A stretch of DNA of 64,000 nt, taken from contig JAHRHZ010000047.1 in assembly GCA_024137785.1 (NCBI GenBank), forward strand, positions 3,540,425-3,604,424, written 5' to 3'. Below, piece after piece: positions 11,517 through 24,884 of this stretch. The DNA is from Ginglymostoma cirratum (taxonomy: Eukaryota). Made by a program: the position numbers and the translations under genes. The notes under the pieces were generated by a model. It saw only the letters and a list, made by a program, of their open reading frames with translations, made no database searches and was not told where the DNA came from. Numbering within the stretch: position 1 is the first letter of the stretch; every line of letters begins with the position of its first letter.

Positions 11517-13139
11517 AGAGTTAAGGGAGACACTGCTCAGGCAGGGGGTCCTGGCACAGTAAGTCAAGAACAGCCTCTGATCAGTTCACAGGTACTGTTG
11601 GGGTGTGATACATAGTTAGCGAGATGTGTTTGGTGTAATAGTATGAGAAAACTCTCTAGGCTTCACCGAGAGAAACCTCCATGAAACCAGGCAAAAATTA
11701 TACTTGACCAATCTCTGGTACAATTTAGCCTCTCTTTCTTTTTCCGATCTTCTATTTTCCTAACTGGTTTACCATTGCCTGTGTCATTTAGAGGTCTGGA
11801 AACTTCCACCCGCAGTTTATGGCTTTGTCAAAGTTACTATTTCTGCATCAGAACATCCTTGTTATAATGCCCTTTCTCCGATGAAACCCCTTTCTGTTAT
11901 CTCTGGTTGTTTGAGATAAAGTTACCCTTTAGTTTCAGTAGAAGCATGGATTGTAAGGCCATCGTAGAAGCATTACCTTTGGCAGTATGAGAGGTTCAAT
12001 TATTGCAATGCGAGTTATGCACTGCATGGAAAATTGCTTGTGACCATCCTGCTGAAACCAGTGAAACCCTCCATTCCACTGGTCCTTGTAGTATCACTCT
12101 CACCCATGACAAAGAGGCACGAGGCAAAAATGAACACAAGTGGTACATTCAAACAACTTTTTGCGACAATTTAATGCTAAAAACAGTTTTCAGTGTAAAC
12201 AAAGTGGTTTCCAATGACGGAAGGTTTCTGCAGCAATGGGAGCTGCAGTTGGCATGATACCAACACTTCCTGAGGTGGTTCTGCAATATAAATACATCAA
12301 GTGACAGGTTAATTAGGCAGGTTAAATGTAGATACAACTCTATAGGTCAAAGTTGCACAAACATGCTGAAACTGTAATCCAATTACTTCAACTATAAAAT
12401 GTCACAATTCGAAGTAACATTAGCTTGATGAAAGGGTAAGTTTTCTGTTCCATTTAAACTAAACCGTGCTTCGTTGCACTCTTCAAGTGTTAAGAAGTGC
12501 AGAATTAAAATTAAATCACAGTGAAAATATCTCTATAAACAAATGACAGCTTTGATTCTGGGCCAGGATTGTCAATGCAGGATTCACTATTTGGCAGGTC
12601 CATTTGTAACAGTTGGCTTCATATCTTACACATCCCCTGGGCAGCTGATAATGGAGCTTCTTTCTGATTACTGAAGTCATTAGATGGTTGGGGCTTCCTT
12701 AATGGCGTTAAATAGGGCATTTCAGCATTTTGACCAAACAACATGAAAGCAAAAGGAGCAAATCAGGATGGTGTTTTATGTGAAGGGGAATCACTACAAA
12801 AGCATTCTTGTGATTTTATTGCTTTTGTCCTTCTTGGTGGTTAGGGTATCAGGGCTAGGATATATTCAAGAAACAAACTAGATCAGTTGTTGCCTTGCAC
12901 ACCAGAGATGATATGTACTGCAACCAAAAGTGTTCTAGTGATGAAGAGGCACTGATTAAATGGACTGTTTAATCCTGAAGATTCTAAGCTTCTGCAATCA
13001 TGTTGCAGGCTCACTGAAGCAGGTAAGTGTTGAATAGTCTATTATCTTTCTGACTTGCGCCATATAAATGATAGCGAGAATTTTGTAAACCAGATGATGT
13101 ACAAATTGTCATACAGTACTGAGCCTCTGCTTTGATGTT

Positions 13140-14285
13140 ACACCTGCAGGTATTCATGTAACTGATCCAGTCAAGCTTCTGTAGGTAGTCACCAGCATAT
13201 TAATGGTGGGTTGAACAGCTTTAGTCATTGCTTGGTGCCATTTTCTACATGTGTGCCACTCAAGAGCCCAAATCAGAATGGTATTTGGTTTGTGGTATCA
13301 GCTACCCTAAGCTGCTTCATTCTCAGAAAACCTGTGAATAGAATTATTAACAAAAAGTCTTCCTGTGGGCCTTATCATAGAGGGTATGCCATTGATGAAG
13401 CGGGTTTATGGCAATATGGTCTGTGGACAGTACTCTGAGGGATTCCTCAAGCAATGACCAGGACCTGCAATAATTGCCCGTTGATAACCTCAAATATCTT
13501 GCGTTGTTCTAAGTGTGACTCCAGTCAAGGGTGAAGGCGAGTTGGTTTTGACCCATTTCTGCCTGAATTGTTTTTGACTAATACTTTCACAGGATATGGA
13601 TTTCATTGACAAGGCCAGCATTTGTTACGCATCCTGAATTACCCTTGAGAAGATGACAGTGAGCCTGAATCCTTATGGTGTAGAAACACCAGCAATGCTG
13701 TTAGGGAGGGAGTTCCAGGATTTTCAGTCAGTAACAGTGAAGGAACAACAATATTGTTCCAGGTCAGAATGGTATGTGGTTTTGAGGGGATATTGCAGGG
13801 ATGGTGTTCCAGTGCATCAGCTGCTCTGTTTTTCTAGATGGTAAAGGTTGCAGGTTTTGGAGGATGCTGTTTAAGGAGCCTTAGTGAATAACTGCAGATG
13901 TAGATGGTAAATTCTGCTAGCGCTGCATCAATGATGAAGTGGGTGCCAATCATGCACATTGCATTGTCCTGCATTGTGTCAAGTTTCTTGAGTATTGGTG
14001 GAGCAGCACTCATCCAGGCAAATGGGGAGTATTCCCTCACACTCCTGATGTGTGCCTTTGGTGGAGAGGCACTGGGGAATCAGGAACTAAGTTACTTGCT
14101 GCAGAATTCCCACCATCTGATCTGTTCTTGTAGCCATAGTGTACTTAGCCATGCTTAGTCCACTTCAGTTTCTGACCAGTGGTAACCTCCCAAATTATGG
14201 GTGTCTTCAGTGATGGTAATGTCATTAAATGTCAGTTGGAGATGGTTGGAGTTTCTCTTCTTGGAGATGATGTTGGAGCTACATG
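13140..14285 (-). mobile_element. CR1/L2-group LINE fragments (two pieces)
   Basis: Minus-strand EYSPFAWMSAAPPILKKLDTMQD and RLLKQHPP, with 3' UTR at ~13580-13650. A more decayed RT piece lies at 13140-13530. Confidence 0.8.
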
Positions 14286-15129
14286 TAAATATGCATAGCC
14301 TATGTGAAAAGCTGGAAAACATGAAACTGCGCACTTTCTGGATTGTGGTTTCTTGAAAAATGAGGTCAACAATTAATATGTACTTCTTACAAAAAGTCAA
14401 GTAACTTTTTGGAGAGAAGACAAACAAAGACAAGGGAGATAAGAGATTATGTTTATGTCCTTAACTGTTGGAAAGTCTAGCTTTGAAAAGACTATGGGGC
14501 CTAAATGCTAATGGTTGCCCAGCAACCCTTTCTGGACTGAAGCTCTGTTTTCACAAACCTATTTAGTCACAAGAAAGAAATTCCCAGGAGCTTCAAGTAT
14601 TTCTCTCATCCTTTCTCAGTAATGTTCTTGGAAACCCATTTCTGACTACCTTATGAATCTTGAAAAGTTGAACTCTTACGACTTTCAAATATATGGATCC
14701 AGTTCGATTTCAATCCAGTTTTGAAGATCTTCTGTGAATCTATGGCTGTCAACAATTTGATTTCATCAATAAGAAATCAAGTGGACTGTGACAATTCATA
14801 ATTTATTTTTGTTTCCAAAAGCTTAGCCAACAGGGGTATTTTTATTCTCTTTATGGAAAAAAAATCTGTCTGCAGAAATTGTTTTATTAGTTGAGTGTAT
14901 CTATTTGGGAAAAGAGGGATATAGATCTAATTCCAGATTATAGTTTAGATATTAATCATTGATTTATCACTGGTTTTTAAGAGTGAATTTTGTTTTACAA
15001 TACTTAGATTATTTTGAGTTCATTGAAACCTGGTAAAAGGCTTTCTTATTCTGGATAGTTGTACAAAGGAGAATGAGTTGGCCATATTAGTGATTATATT
15101 AATGGTGTGACTGGTGCATTAATGGAGAT

Positions 15130-15600
15130 TTATTACACGCACATTCCATGCTTCCTTCACAGTTGTAACAATTGTCATTTGCCAGGCACTTGTAAGGACC
15201 AAATGTTATTTACCATTTATCAGGCCAAGTTTTTAATGTTGTCCAGATCTTTATGCATGCAGACATGGGTTACTTCAATATCTGAGAAGTTACAAATGGC
15301 TCTGAATATAATGCAATCATCAGCAAAAATCCTCACTTCTAACCTTATGATGGAGTGAAGAACATTGATAAAGCAGCTGAAGATGGTCCATACCAGGATG
15401 CTATCCTAGGGCACTCCTGCAGCAATATCCTGCCCTCTGCCACCCCCTAATTCCCATTGACTTTAATTTTGTCACTATTCGATCAACAGTTGCCTTGATA
15501 TCAAGGTCACCTCTGGAGTTCAGCCTCTTTGCCCATGTTTGGACCAAGGCTGCAGTGAGATCAGGTGCTGACTGGCCCTAGTGGAACCAAGTTGAGGATT
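15130..15600 (-). mobile_element. CR1/L2-group LINE RT fragment
   Basis: Minus strand reads AAGVP*DSIL..TIFSCFIN....IIRLEVRIFADDC. Confidence 0.75.
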
Positions 15601-16164
15601 TTTCTCTGCCATGTGCAGTAGGCTACTCCTGATGAGTGCTGCAACTGTGCGATCTTATATGAATTTCAATACAAAAAAGACTATCAGTGAGGTACCATTA
15701 CCAGCAGAGAAGGAGCAGGTGACATTAAACTCAGTTTCTGGACATCCGTGTTTAGCTGCACTTATGTGGATTCCAGAACTTGCCATCCAATGTACTTCAT
15801 AATAACATTACGTCATTAGCCTTACTGTTCTTAACACAGTTCAGTTCAGTTTTTACACAGGTGAAATTATTGTGTTTCTTTTATATCTGGTGGAGATCTT
15901 ACTAAAGATTTCTTTGTATATAATAATTAAATTGTCCCTAAACGTTAGACCGCAGCATTATGGGCATTGATTTACCAATGCTCCCGAGTTCCGATATAAC
16001 CCAGTGACTCCTGACCATCATAAAGACAATAATTCTACTATGATTGTGAAAAAAATACACACTGAGGCTTTATTAATTTGTAGTTCGCCCCTTCTCACTT
16101 TCAAAGAAATGGAATGGGATTTTATCCAGGTTTGATCATAGATCATAATATATTTTATTCATAC

Positions 16165-16960
16165 TTTTATATTCATTCTAGGGATGTGGTTATCACTGGT
16201 TGGACCATTATTTATTGGCCATCCCTAAATACACTTGAGAAAATAGTGGTGAGCTGCCATCTTGAATTGTAGCAGTCCATGGGTGTAGATACACCCATAG
16301 CACTGTTAGGAGGGAATTACAAGATTTTGACCTAGTGACAGTAAATCAACGGTGATATAGTTAGAAATAAGGATGGTTTGTGGCTTGGAGGGAATCTTTT
16401 TTTCTTAGAGGTTGCAGACTTGGAAGGTACTATCTAAGAAGCATTGGTGAGTTGTTGCAATGCACACTGTAGATGGTACACACTGTGTCAGTAGTGAGGA
16501 GTCTAATGTTTATGGATGTGGTGCCAATCAAGGAGGCTGTTTTGTCCTGGATGGTGCCAAGTGTTGTTGGAGCTGCACCCATCCATGCAAATGGAGAATA
16601 TTCTGCCACACTCCTGAGATATGACTTGTAGATGATGGACAGTTTCGGGGAGTCAGGAGATGAGTTACTCACTGAACATTGTGCGATCATCAGCCCCACT
16701 CCTAAACTTCTGAGGGAGGGAAGGTCATTGATGAAGCAGATGAAGATGGTTGGGCCTAAGACACTACCCTGAGGAATTCCAACAGAGATGTCTTGGAGCT
16801 AAGATCAAAGATCTCCAGTCATCGCAATCATTTTCCTTTGTGCTAGATATGACTCCAACCAGCAGAGAGTGTTCCCCCTCATTCCCATTAAGCTCAGTTT
16901 TGCTGGGGCTGCCTTGATAACATATTCAGTCAAATACTGCTTTAATATTATGTCCAGTCA
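16165..16960 (-). mobile_element. CR1/L2-group LINE 3' fragment with internal deletion
   Basis: GIPQGSVLGPTIFICFINDL and IYKSYLRSVAEYSPFAWMGAAPTT; same 3' UTR as 13.6 kb. Confidence 0.8.
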
Positions 16961-17602
16961 CCATCATTACTAATTTTTAATACCTGTTTCTCAAATAAAT
17001 AATCTAAATAATTGAATTACATACAATGGAATTCTTGCTGTGTTATCTGTTAAGGACTCCACCTCATTTTCTGTAATGTTTAATTCTTGAATGTGTAATA
17101 TGTTGAATAATTTGAATTAATGCACTTGTCACTAATTCCTGGATCTTCCAAGAAAAGCATCAGACATATCATTTCATATTCTCTACACCGGCATCTCATG
17201 CATGTCTTACCAGGTATACATCCATTCCATTGGAGCTCATATAACTGAGCCAATCAACTTATTCTAGTCAAAATGGTTAATCAAAATAGTCAAAAAAGGT
17301 TAGTTCCTCAAAAATTAAATACTGTAGACACCCCAGGTATAGACAAGCTAGGTACAGATATTACCTACTGCTCATACACTTTTGCCGTGGAGTATACTTG
17401 ATGAGTGTTCCCATTTTGATTTGGTGATAAAAGATTTTAGAGCAAATTATTTCTATAATCGTTGATCCTCTTCTGTCATATTTCTCAAAGCTGCAACTAT
17501 TTCCTACTTACTTTATCAGTAATGCTTTAAAACTCAAGTGAAAGAGGGGTTGTGGGCTATCACTGCCTTGATTTATATTTTGCCGTTTGCAAACTCAGTA
17601 AT

Positions 17603-17990
17603 GTTTTTATTTCTTTGGGATGACTGCATCGTTGATAAGTTCAGCATTTGTTTCCTGTCTGTATTTTCCCTTAAACTGAATGGATTACATAGCCATTTCA
17701 CAGGGTAGTTGAGAGTCAACTACATTGCCATGGGTTTGGAGTCACATACAGGCCAGACCAGCTAAGGATGGCAGATTCCTTTCCTAAAGGACATCAATGA
17801 AATAGATTTGATTTTTGCCACAATTGGCAGCAGGTTCATCAATACTATTACTGAGACTAACTTTATACCTCCAGATTTATTAATTGAACTTAAATTCCAC
17901 TGTGTGGGTTTGCTGTGGTGGGATTTGAACCCATGTCACTAAATTATTAGACTGGGCTTCTTTAGTCCAATAACATTACCACCAAACCAA
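17603..17990 (-). mobile_element. tRNA-derived SINE sharing its 3' tail with the CR1/L2-group LINE
   Basis: B box seen as GGATTTGAACC on +; core GGAGTCACATACAGGCCAGACC...CCTAAAGGACAT; similar to 25365 and 36175. Confidence 0.7.
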
Positions 17991-18854
17991 TATATCACCA
18001 GTTTTACTTTCCCTGTGTGATATGTATTATATGAATCCCATGTAATTCCTGCTAAATGAATTCTCCCCTCACTGTTTATATGTATCCAAGCTGATAACCT
18101 AATTTTTGGTTTCTGAAACATTCGCTCCTACATGTGGAATGAATTGAATTTCTATCTTTGTGTATGGATGGCTGGTATGGTGGTTGCTATTTCAAAAGTA
18201 TACTGGCTGTAAATTTAAGATGTGAGTGTTGCTTAACCCAGCCTCTACTTTTCCTTCTGCTCATCGATAGTGCTTTTGATTATGAAGGAAGGACTCAAGT
18301 GGGATAGTGAGGCAAAGCAATATTTCTTCATTATATCTGTCAAGAATCAAATTATGCAGCAGCAGGAATTCATAGAAACGGTATATAATAGTTGACAGTA
18401 TTTTGCAACTGTTGGAAAAAGAAATGTCTTCTAAGGAATACAACTACATGAGATTGATTCCCTCAGTTTATTATACACTGAACTGAATACCCTGTTTGCA
18501 GTTTGCCAATATGCAAGGGGTTGGAGGAGTGTGTGTAAATAGAGGTAATTCTACTGAAACTTTAAGTGTACTTGAAAGTAATATTGTATTGTTTGAGAGG
18601 GAATCGGTCCTGGTGAAATGAAACCTTGAGGATGAAACCGGTCTTTGACTAACATGAAACAGGCTGGTAGTGGACTGGCAGCCAATGTGTTCACCATTCT
18701 TGATTTCTTCTTCAATAAAGTTCACAGAACAACAATCCAGTCTCTTTTTGCAGACTTGTTTCTCAGTCTCAATGTCTCTTTTTTACAAGGTTTGAAATTA
18801 AAAATCTTGGCAACATTTCCAAATAGTTTTCCAAAACTGACAAAATAAAATCAT

Positions 18855-18955
18855 TTCAGTTCTGAAGAAGGGTCACTGAACCCAAAACATTGACCCTGAT
18901 TTCTCTCCCCAGATGCTGCCAGTCCTGCTGAGTTTTTCCAGCAATTTCTGTATTA
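18855..18955 (+). mobile_element. Penelope-like element terminal fragment with degenerate hammerhead core
   Basis: CTGAAGA-AGGGTCACTGAACCC-AAAACATT, then CAGATGCTGCCAGTCCTGCTGAGTTTTTCCAGCA. Confidence 0.65.
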
Positions 18956-19219
18956 GAAAGTGAAAAATTCCCACTTCCTACACGCCTATTTTGAACTCTT
19001 GACTTGGAACACTTCAATCCTTGATGTTTTGTTTCAAGTAATAGTCCCAATTTAAGCACAGCATAAGTGTACAATGAAGCACCATCTATAACACTCAAGT
19101 ATAGGCTTTAACCACAGGCTTGTCCCAGACAAGGATTCTGTGGCACGCTGAGTGCACTATTTCCATTTTCCACAACATGGTGATTTGGAAAGAGACTGTT
19201 TATAAAAGGAGAAATTTGC

Positions 19220-19450
19220 TTTTTATATAGCGTGTGTCGCAAATAGTGGGTGTTTACATGTAATTAAGTACTTTTCTAAGTATAGTCTCTGCTGCATTAT
19301 TGGAAATATTACTGCCAGTTTGCACACAACAACTCCTGCAAACAGTATTGAGATAATGTGCAAATAATTTGTTTTTAATGATGGTGGATGAGGGATTAAT
19401 ATTTTCCAGGACACTGGGCTACTGCCCCTGGGCCCTCCTTCAAAATAGTT
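19220..19450 (-). mobile_element. DeuSINE 3' half
   Basis: Reverse-complement similarity to 7011-7232 (TTTGCACACAAC...GAGGGATTAATATT...CCAGGACACTGGG). Confidence 0.6.
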
Positions 19451-20014
19451 TGGAAAACTTTTTTTTAAAATACTGGATATTGTGCATTCTATCACCCAAT
19501 GGGAGGGGCACTGTGTAAGGTGGTAAAATGTCCCCTGATTTTGTTGGAGAGGAAAAGGAGCTAACTGAGGATTCTCAACCACCAGCAGTTAGATGTTCAT
19601 TCATGAGCCCAATTGACTAGCATTCTCCTTGTGTGCATCACAATTGTGTGGATTCAGAGATTAAACAAAGACCAGAAAACTTGCCAACACTATGAAAGGC
19701 CACTCAGCAAAGCCTATTGTATTAGTCAGCCATTCCCCAGGCTTCCTTCAGTGACTGATCAAGGGGCACAGCATTTGGAAAGCCATCTCTCTACCCCTCA
19801 CCCCCAATCCCAACTGCCCACATGTCCCGCAGACCTCACCACACTATTGCGGGCATGTCTATCAATAGCCCTGTAAGTAGTTAAAAGGTGCTTGATTCCA
19901 TCAGGCCTCTCCCGTGGACCTCTCAGCAGTTACCCAGTAGTAACCCAACCAATGGCCAATGCCCCCATTGGCCTGATGACATTCGGGCCAATGTCAACTT
20001 CTTTGGTGATTTGC

Positions 20015-20255
20015 ACCAGGTAACTTTTTGTCATTCAATCTGTCCTGCCCTTCACCCCATCCCAGACCTTCCCTTTTGTTCTTCCTCCCATTTCCCCACT
20101 TTCACTTGCTCAAAACCTGTCACATTTCCATCATTCCTCTGTTCTGATGCAAGGTCAACATCAACTCAAATGTTTCTCTCTTCACAAACCCTGCCAGACC
20201 TCCTGAACTTTCTGTTTTTGTTTCAGATTTCCAGCATCTATAGTATTTTGCTTTT
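20015..20255 (+). mobile_element. Penelope-like element 3' end
   Basis: Pyrimidine-rich stretch, then GTTCTGATGCAAGGTCA and CTGCCAGACCTCCTGAA...CAGATTTCCAGCATCT, as in the 18855 family. Confidence 0.55.
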
Positions 20256-20399
20256 AAATTATGACATACAAGTCCTCCAGATACGTTCTGAACTGAGGAA
20301 ATTGAATCATTAGATAGTCAAAGGGAATCATCTGCAATGATTGAGTTCCAGTGCACCAACTGTTCCACAACTGTCAACCTGACTGTCACTAGCTTTAGA

Positions 20400-20695
20400 T
20401 TCATTCACACACAATCTGTTACACTCTCTGACACCCTCATACTCTCACACATTGCACAAACACGTACTATCTTACACAGTCTCACCCATACACTCACACA
20501 TGCACACATAGATTCTCTTGCACACTTTCACACATACTATCACACATTCTCATACATGCACACACTCGCTTGAAAGCATGCACACACATATACACTTTCA
20601 CACATGCATACAGTCTCTCACAATCCAACACATTCGCTCTCTCACACTCTCTCACACTTGCACATACAAGCTCTCATGCTCACAGTACACACACT
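20400..20695. repeat. Degenerate (CA)/(CT)-rich low-complexity tract
   Basis: Runs of CACACA/CTCACA; produces spurious His/Thr ORFs. Confidence 0.85.
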
Positions 20696-21384
20696 GCTGG
20701 TTATGGGAAACTGAGCCTAGGTGATCAGTCAGGATCTGAGAGATCAAAACTAGTCAGAAGAGGGAGAGAGCATTATTAGGAAAGTCATCTTGCTCCAGAT
20801 TCTTACTTGAGAGCAAGCATTGGAGACTTGCGGTACTTAATGTATGAAGTTATGTGAGACTTGGACCTGGACTTAGATTGGTAAATCACATCTAGTTGGC
20901 TTCTGTGGTGCTGTGTGGGATGTTAGTTGATTGTGCACATCATTACAATTAATATAAATATAATTTGAGAGTCAATTCCATCTATCCTAGCCGGTAGCAT
21001 GAAAGATTTGCAGTAAGTACAACTGGTGATTTTTAACTTCTCTGGGTCATAGTAGGCTAATCTCACCAGGTCATTTTGCTACATCAGTGCCCTGGACAGC
21101 ACAACAGAAGAAAGTTTGCAACAGCTCGAGCAGGATCAGTTTAATGGTTACAATGACAACAACTCTCCAGAAATCGAAAATTTCATGCAGCACCGACACA
21201 TTCTGCTATCTGACTGAAAAGTAGAAAATCCGAATATTCAGGAACAGAAAAGTAGGCTGTCTCTGAACCTGCAACCTCTCAAGATTCCTGCACTTTAAGC
21301 TGTTTTAATTAACAGTTGCACTTCCACAGGAGACATAAGCACAATTAGTTTCACACATTCTGCTGAGTAAGCCTTGCCAAACAA

Positions 21385-22092
21385 AGAGATCTTGGAGTGC
21401 AAGTGCATGGTTCCTTGAAGGTAGAATCACAAATAGACAGGATAGTGAAGAAGGCATTTGGTATACTTGCCTTTATTGGTCAGTGCATTGAGTATAGGAG
21501 TTGGGATGTCATCTTGCGGCTGTACCGGATATTAGTTAGGCCACATTTGGAATATTGTGTTCACTTCTGGTCTCCCTGCTTTAGGAAAGATGTTGTTAAA
21601 CTTGAAAGGATGCAGGAAGGATTTACAGTGATGTTGTTAGGTTGGAGGGTTTGAGCTATAGGGAGAGGCTGAATAGGCTGGGGCTATTTTCCCTGGAGCG
21701 TTGGAGGCTGACAGGTGACCTTATCGAGGTTTCTAAAATCATGAGCAGCATGGATAGGGTGAATAGCCAAGGTGTTTTTTTCCCAGGGTGGGGGAGTCCA
21801 AAACTAGAGGGCATAGGTTTAAGGTGAGAGAGGAAAGATTGACAATGGACTGAGGGACAACGTTTTCACGCAGAGGGTGGTGTGTGTATGGAATGAGCTG
21901 TCAGAGGAAGTGGTGGAGGCTGGTACAATTACAACATTTAAAAGGCATCTCGATGGGTACATGAATAGGAAGGGTTTAGAGGGGTATGGGCAAAATGCTG
22001 GCAAATAGGACTAGAATAATTTAGGATATCTGGTCAATGTGGACAAGTTGAACTGAAGGGTCTGTTTCTGTGCTGTACAACTGTATGATGCT
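21385..22092 (+). mobile_element. CR1 (HER1-like) LINE 3' fragment
   Basis: RDLGVQVHGSLKV...LYRILVRPHLEYCVHFWSP...LSYRERLNRLGLFSLE...GDLIEV; 3' UTR GAAGGGTCTGTTTCTGTGCTGTA. Confidence 0.92.
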
Positions 22093-24884
22093 GATTCTAC
22101 GTGGATTCCATAGCATAGAAGACACACTAAAACAATTGTGTTGTTCCCTATTGCTTTTAAACAGACAAATCTCCTATAAAATTTATGTATACCATTCATT
22201 AACCTTTGCAAATATTGTGCAAATGTTATTTAAACAAGTATTGTAGTTAAACAAAAGCCTGTCTATGTTATGCATTTCTGGTTCAATTACATTTTCTTTT
22301 ATGTGCTGCTTTAAATGTAAGTTACCAGCTTGCAGGAATATTTCCATTAAGAAAGTTTTGGCTCTTGAGATACACCCAATGTATTCCAGCTTCCAATATT
22401 CATAATTACCATTGGTCTTTAAGGAATCTTCAGCCTTCACAGATTTAAATTAATAAAAGTTTCAGATTTCTCAATAAGATGTATTGCTTCAAATTCTGTC
22501 TAATTTCCCTTGGCCACATCCATGTGATCTCCTCCATATAAACTGCTGAACTGCTCCCTTTCTTTCTGACACTAGCATGGTGCCCCTCTGGGCTGTAACA
22601 TGTAATACGCAGAAGACCACCAAAGATTTGCACAAACTTCATGGTTAATACTATCTTAGATGATCGTCGAGAGTTTCAGCATCCAAGATGTCTCCTTTTT
22701 CCTTTGTTTCCTCTTTCTGTTATAGCCAACACCGCTTCTTATGTATCATTAGAACATCATCCTATTGGAGTTCATAGATAATGTCAGGATTTTAGAGCAT
22801 ATCTGTGGTAACTCTGACTGTCTCTATTGTTAGTTTCGGCTGCCTGAACGGACCTGTAAAATGGCTTGGCTGAAAACACGAGTAAACTTGAAAAATCATC
22901 CTAAAAATACAAGTCCTATTTTGGTACAAATTCCCTGTACGTCTTTGGGAATGTTAGCACCTGTGAATTCTATCTACCAAAATTGTGTGAAGTTGAGTAA
23001 ATCTCCAAGTTCACACCCTAAACTAAACCTAGAATTTTAAAAAATTATTGGTATGTGATTTCCTGTTCTTTGAGTTTTAGAGAGCGCACAAGCCTGGAGG
23101 TCCTACTTAGCAGTGCATCCCTGACCTCCTGGTTGCAGTTTATCATCGAACTCTTCAGTGCACTCACCCTTGGTGACTGAAATGAACCTGTCATATGGAG
23201 ATTCATGATTGTAGTTACTTACACGGCTACAGGTAATCTAGTGGGTATCAAAGAAAGTGATTCTGGGGTAGGATGTAACTGATGAACTGTATCAGTGTGC
23301 TTGTCTGTGCTGAGTTGAAAGCAACACTGACAATGACAGGGTAGTCATGCATCAAATTCCCTGTTACAAACCACCTTTTTGGTTCTTGTGAATTGCTTGT
23401 GCCATGCTATATGATGCTGCACAAATCTCCAGGTTCATAGAGTTCACAAATCTTTTGATTCTGGAACAATTGCTTCTTTTCCATCAGTTGTCTTCCTTCT
23501 CTCTTTAAGCATTGCTAACAACAGTGAAATGGCTTCAAAGAAGTTTGGTGATGTACTTGTGCCTGTGTGAATGTGGTTGATAAAACATGTGAATTTAAGA
23601 TAATGTAATGTGGAAAGTGGCAGGTTATTTTAGTTTACTCACATCCACCCATTAGCAGCTGTTCAGTCATTAATTATACAGAAGAATCCACGCCGAAGTA
23701 CACGCACATGTCTGCACCAATTCTAGTGATTGTGCATCCTCCAGCATGTTGAAATCTGTTCTCTGGTCCAACTGAAGCATTGAGATTTCATGAGTATTTT
23801 ATTGTTCCTCCTGCCCCATGTCAGTTGTGTGATATGGTGTTTCTTCTGAAGATGTCACAAACCTCAAAGCCCAAACATGATCTGTATATTTATTTCCAAG
23901 CAATAACTGAATAGGATCCCAAATTACCCCTTTACATAAGTGTCCAAACTACAACAAACTCTGTTATATGAAGTAATTCGCTTCATTGTTAAACCTAGAA
24001 ACGGCTTCAGTGAGATAAAATGTCTCTTTGAATAAGATGTATTACTGAACATAAAACATCCATCCTACTACATTCACTGACTGTCAGAAAAAAATACCAG
24101 TGTGATTGCAGGTCTGATATCACACTTAGATTTGAAGGACTCCTGTTGATTTAAGTTTGTAATGACTGCGTATAGCTTCCTCAAACTTGGAACTATACTG
24201 CTGAATCCCTTTACACCCTCCAAAGTATTTATATCTGCGTTCCAAATAGGTGGTAATACTTTATACACTTTTATTGATTGTTTCAAACCATAACCTACTG
24301 CTGACATGTTCATCTCCTTGATATTCTACCTTGAATCGTGGGACAGATGACAATAATTCTAATAGTAATGCCTACCAGTGAGTGTCTGCCTTCATCAAAA
24401 TATGAGGTATAGAACGTTACATAAACATATGAAGCTCACAAAACAGTCATTTCCAGGTTTTGTCACTTTTTATAGTTCCATTTTAAAGTCAGATTATGTA
24501 AGCCGTCAGTCAATAACTGAATGTTGGATGGGCAAAAAATATATTTATGTTAGTTTGTACTAAATGCAAAGTGTAAAATACACTAATATCAGATAATTTA
24601 AGGGGTTAAATTGAAACCTGACTGGAAGTAGCTCATGAAAATAAATACACTGATCTTCTTTATTGGATAATGTTAAAATGTGTATTAAACCTATAATTTA
24701 TGCATTTATTATCTCCATTAAGCTACAAAATCTCAAATAATAGTATCAGAGACCTTCAGTGGACCAGCCGAGGATATGGATACTTGAACCATGAATACAC
24801 GTTGCTTAATGGAATCAGACATTCTGATAAACACACACTTAGAAGTTGTTCATGAAAATAAACACACTGATCACCTCAACATGA

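Larger units (their letters stand above)
8634..11732. mobile_element. Decayed PIF/Harbinger-like DNA transposon (or two adjacent relics) with a Myb/SANT ORF remnant
   Basis: Degenerate ~60-bp inverted termini (~8635-8700 and ~11668-11730). Frameshifted YLDVLVEEVMKR / QTWSDVATSV / KKLHELLLSAR at ~8955-9142. Confidence 0.55.

Noticed and set aside
20337-20779. His/Thr-rich ORFs
   Set aside because: Translation of a degenerate CA repeat.
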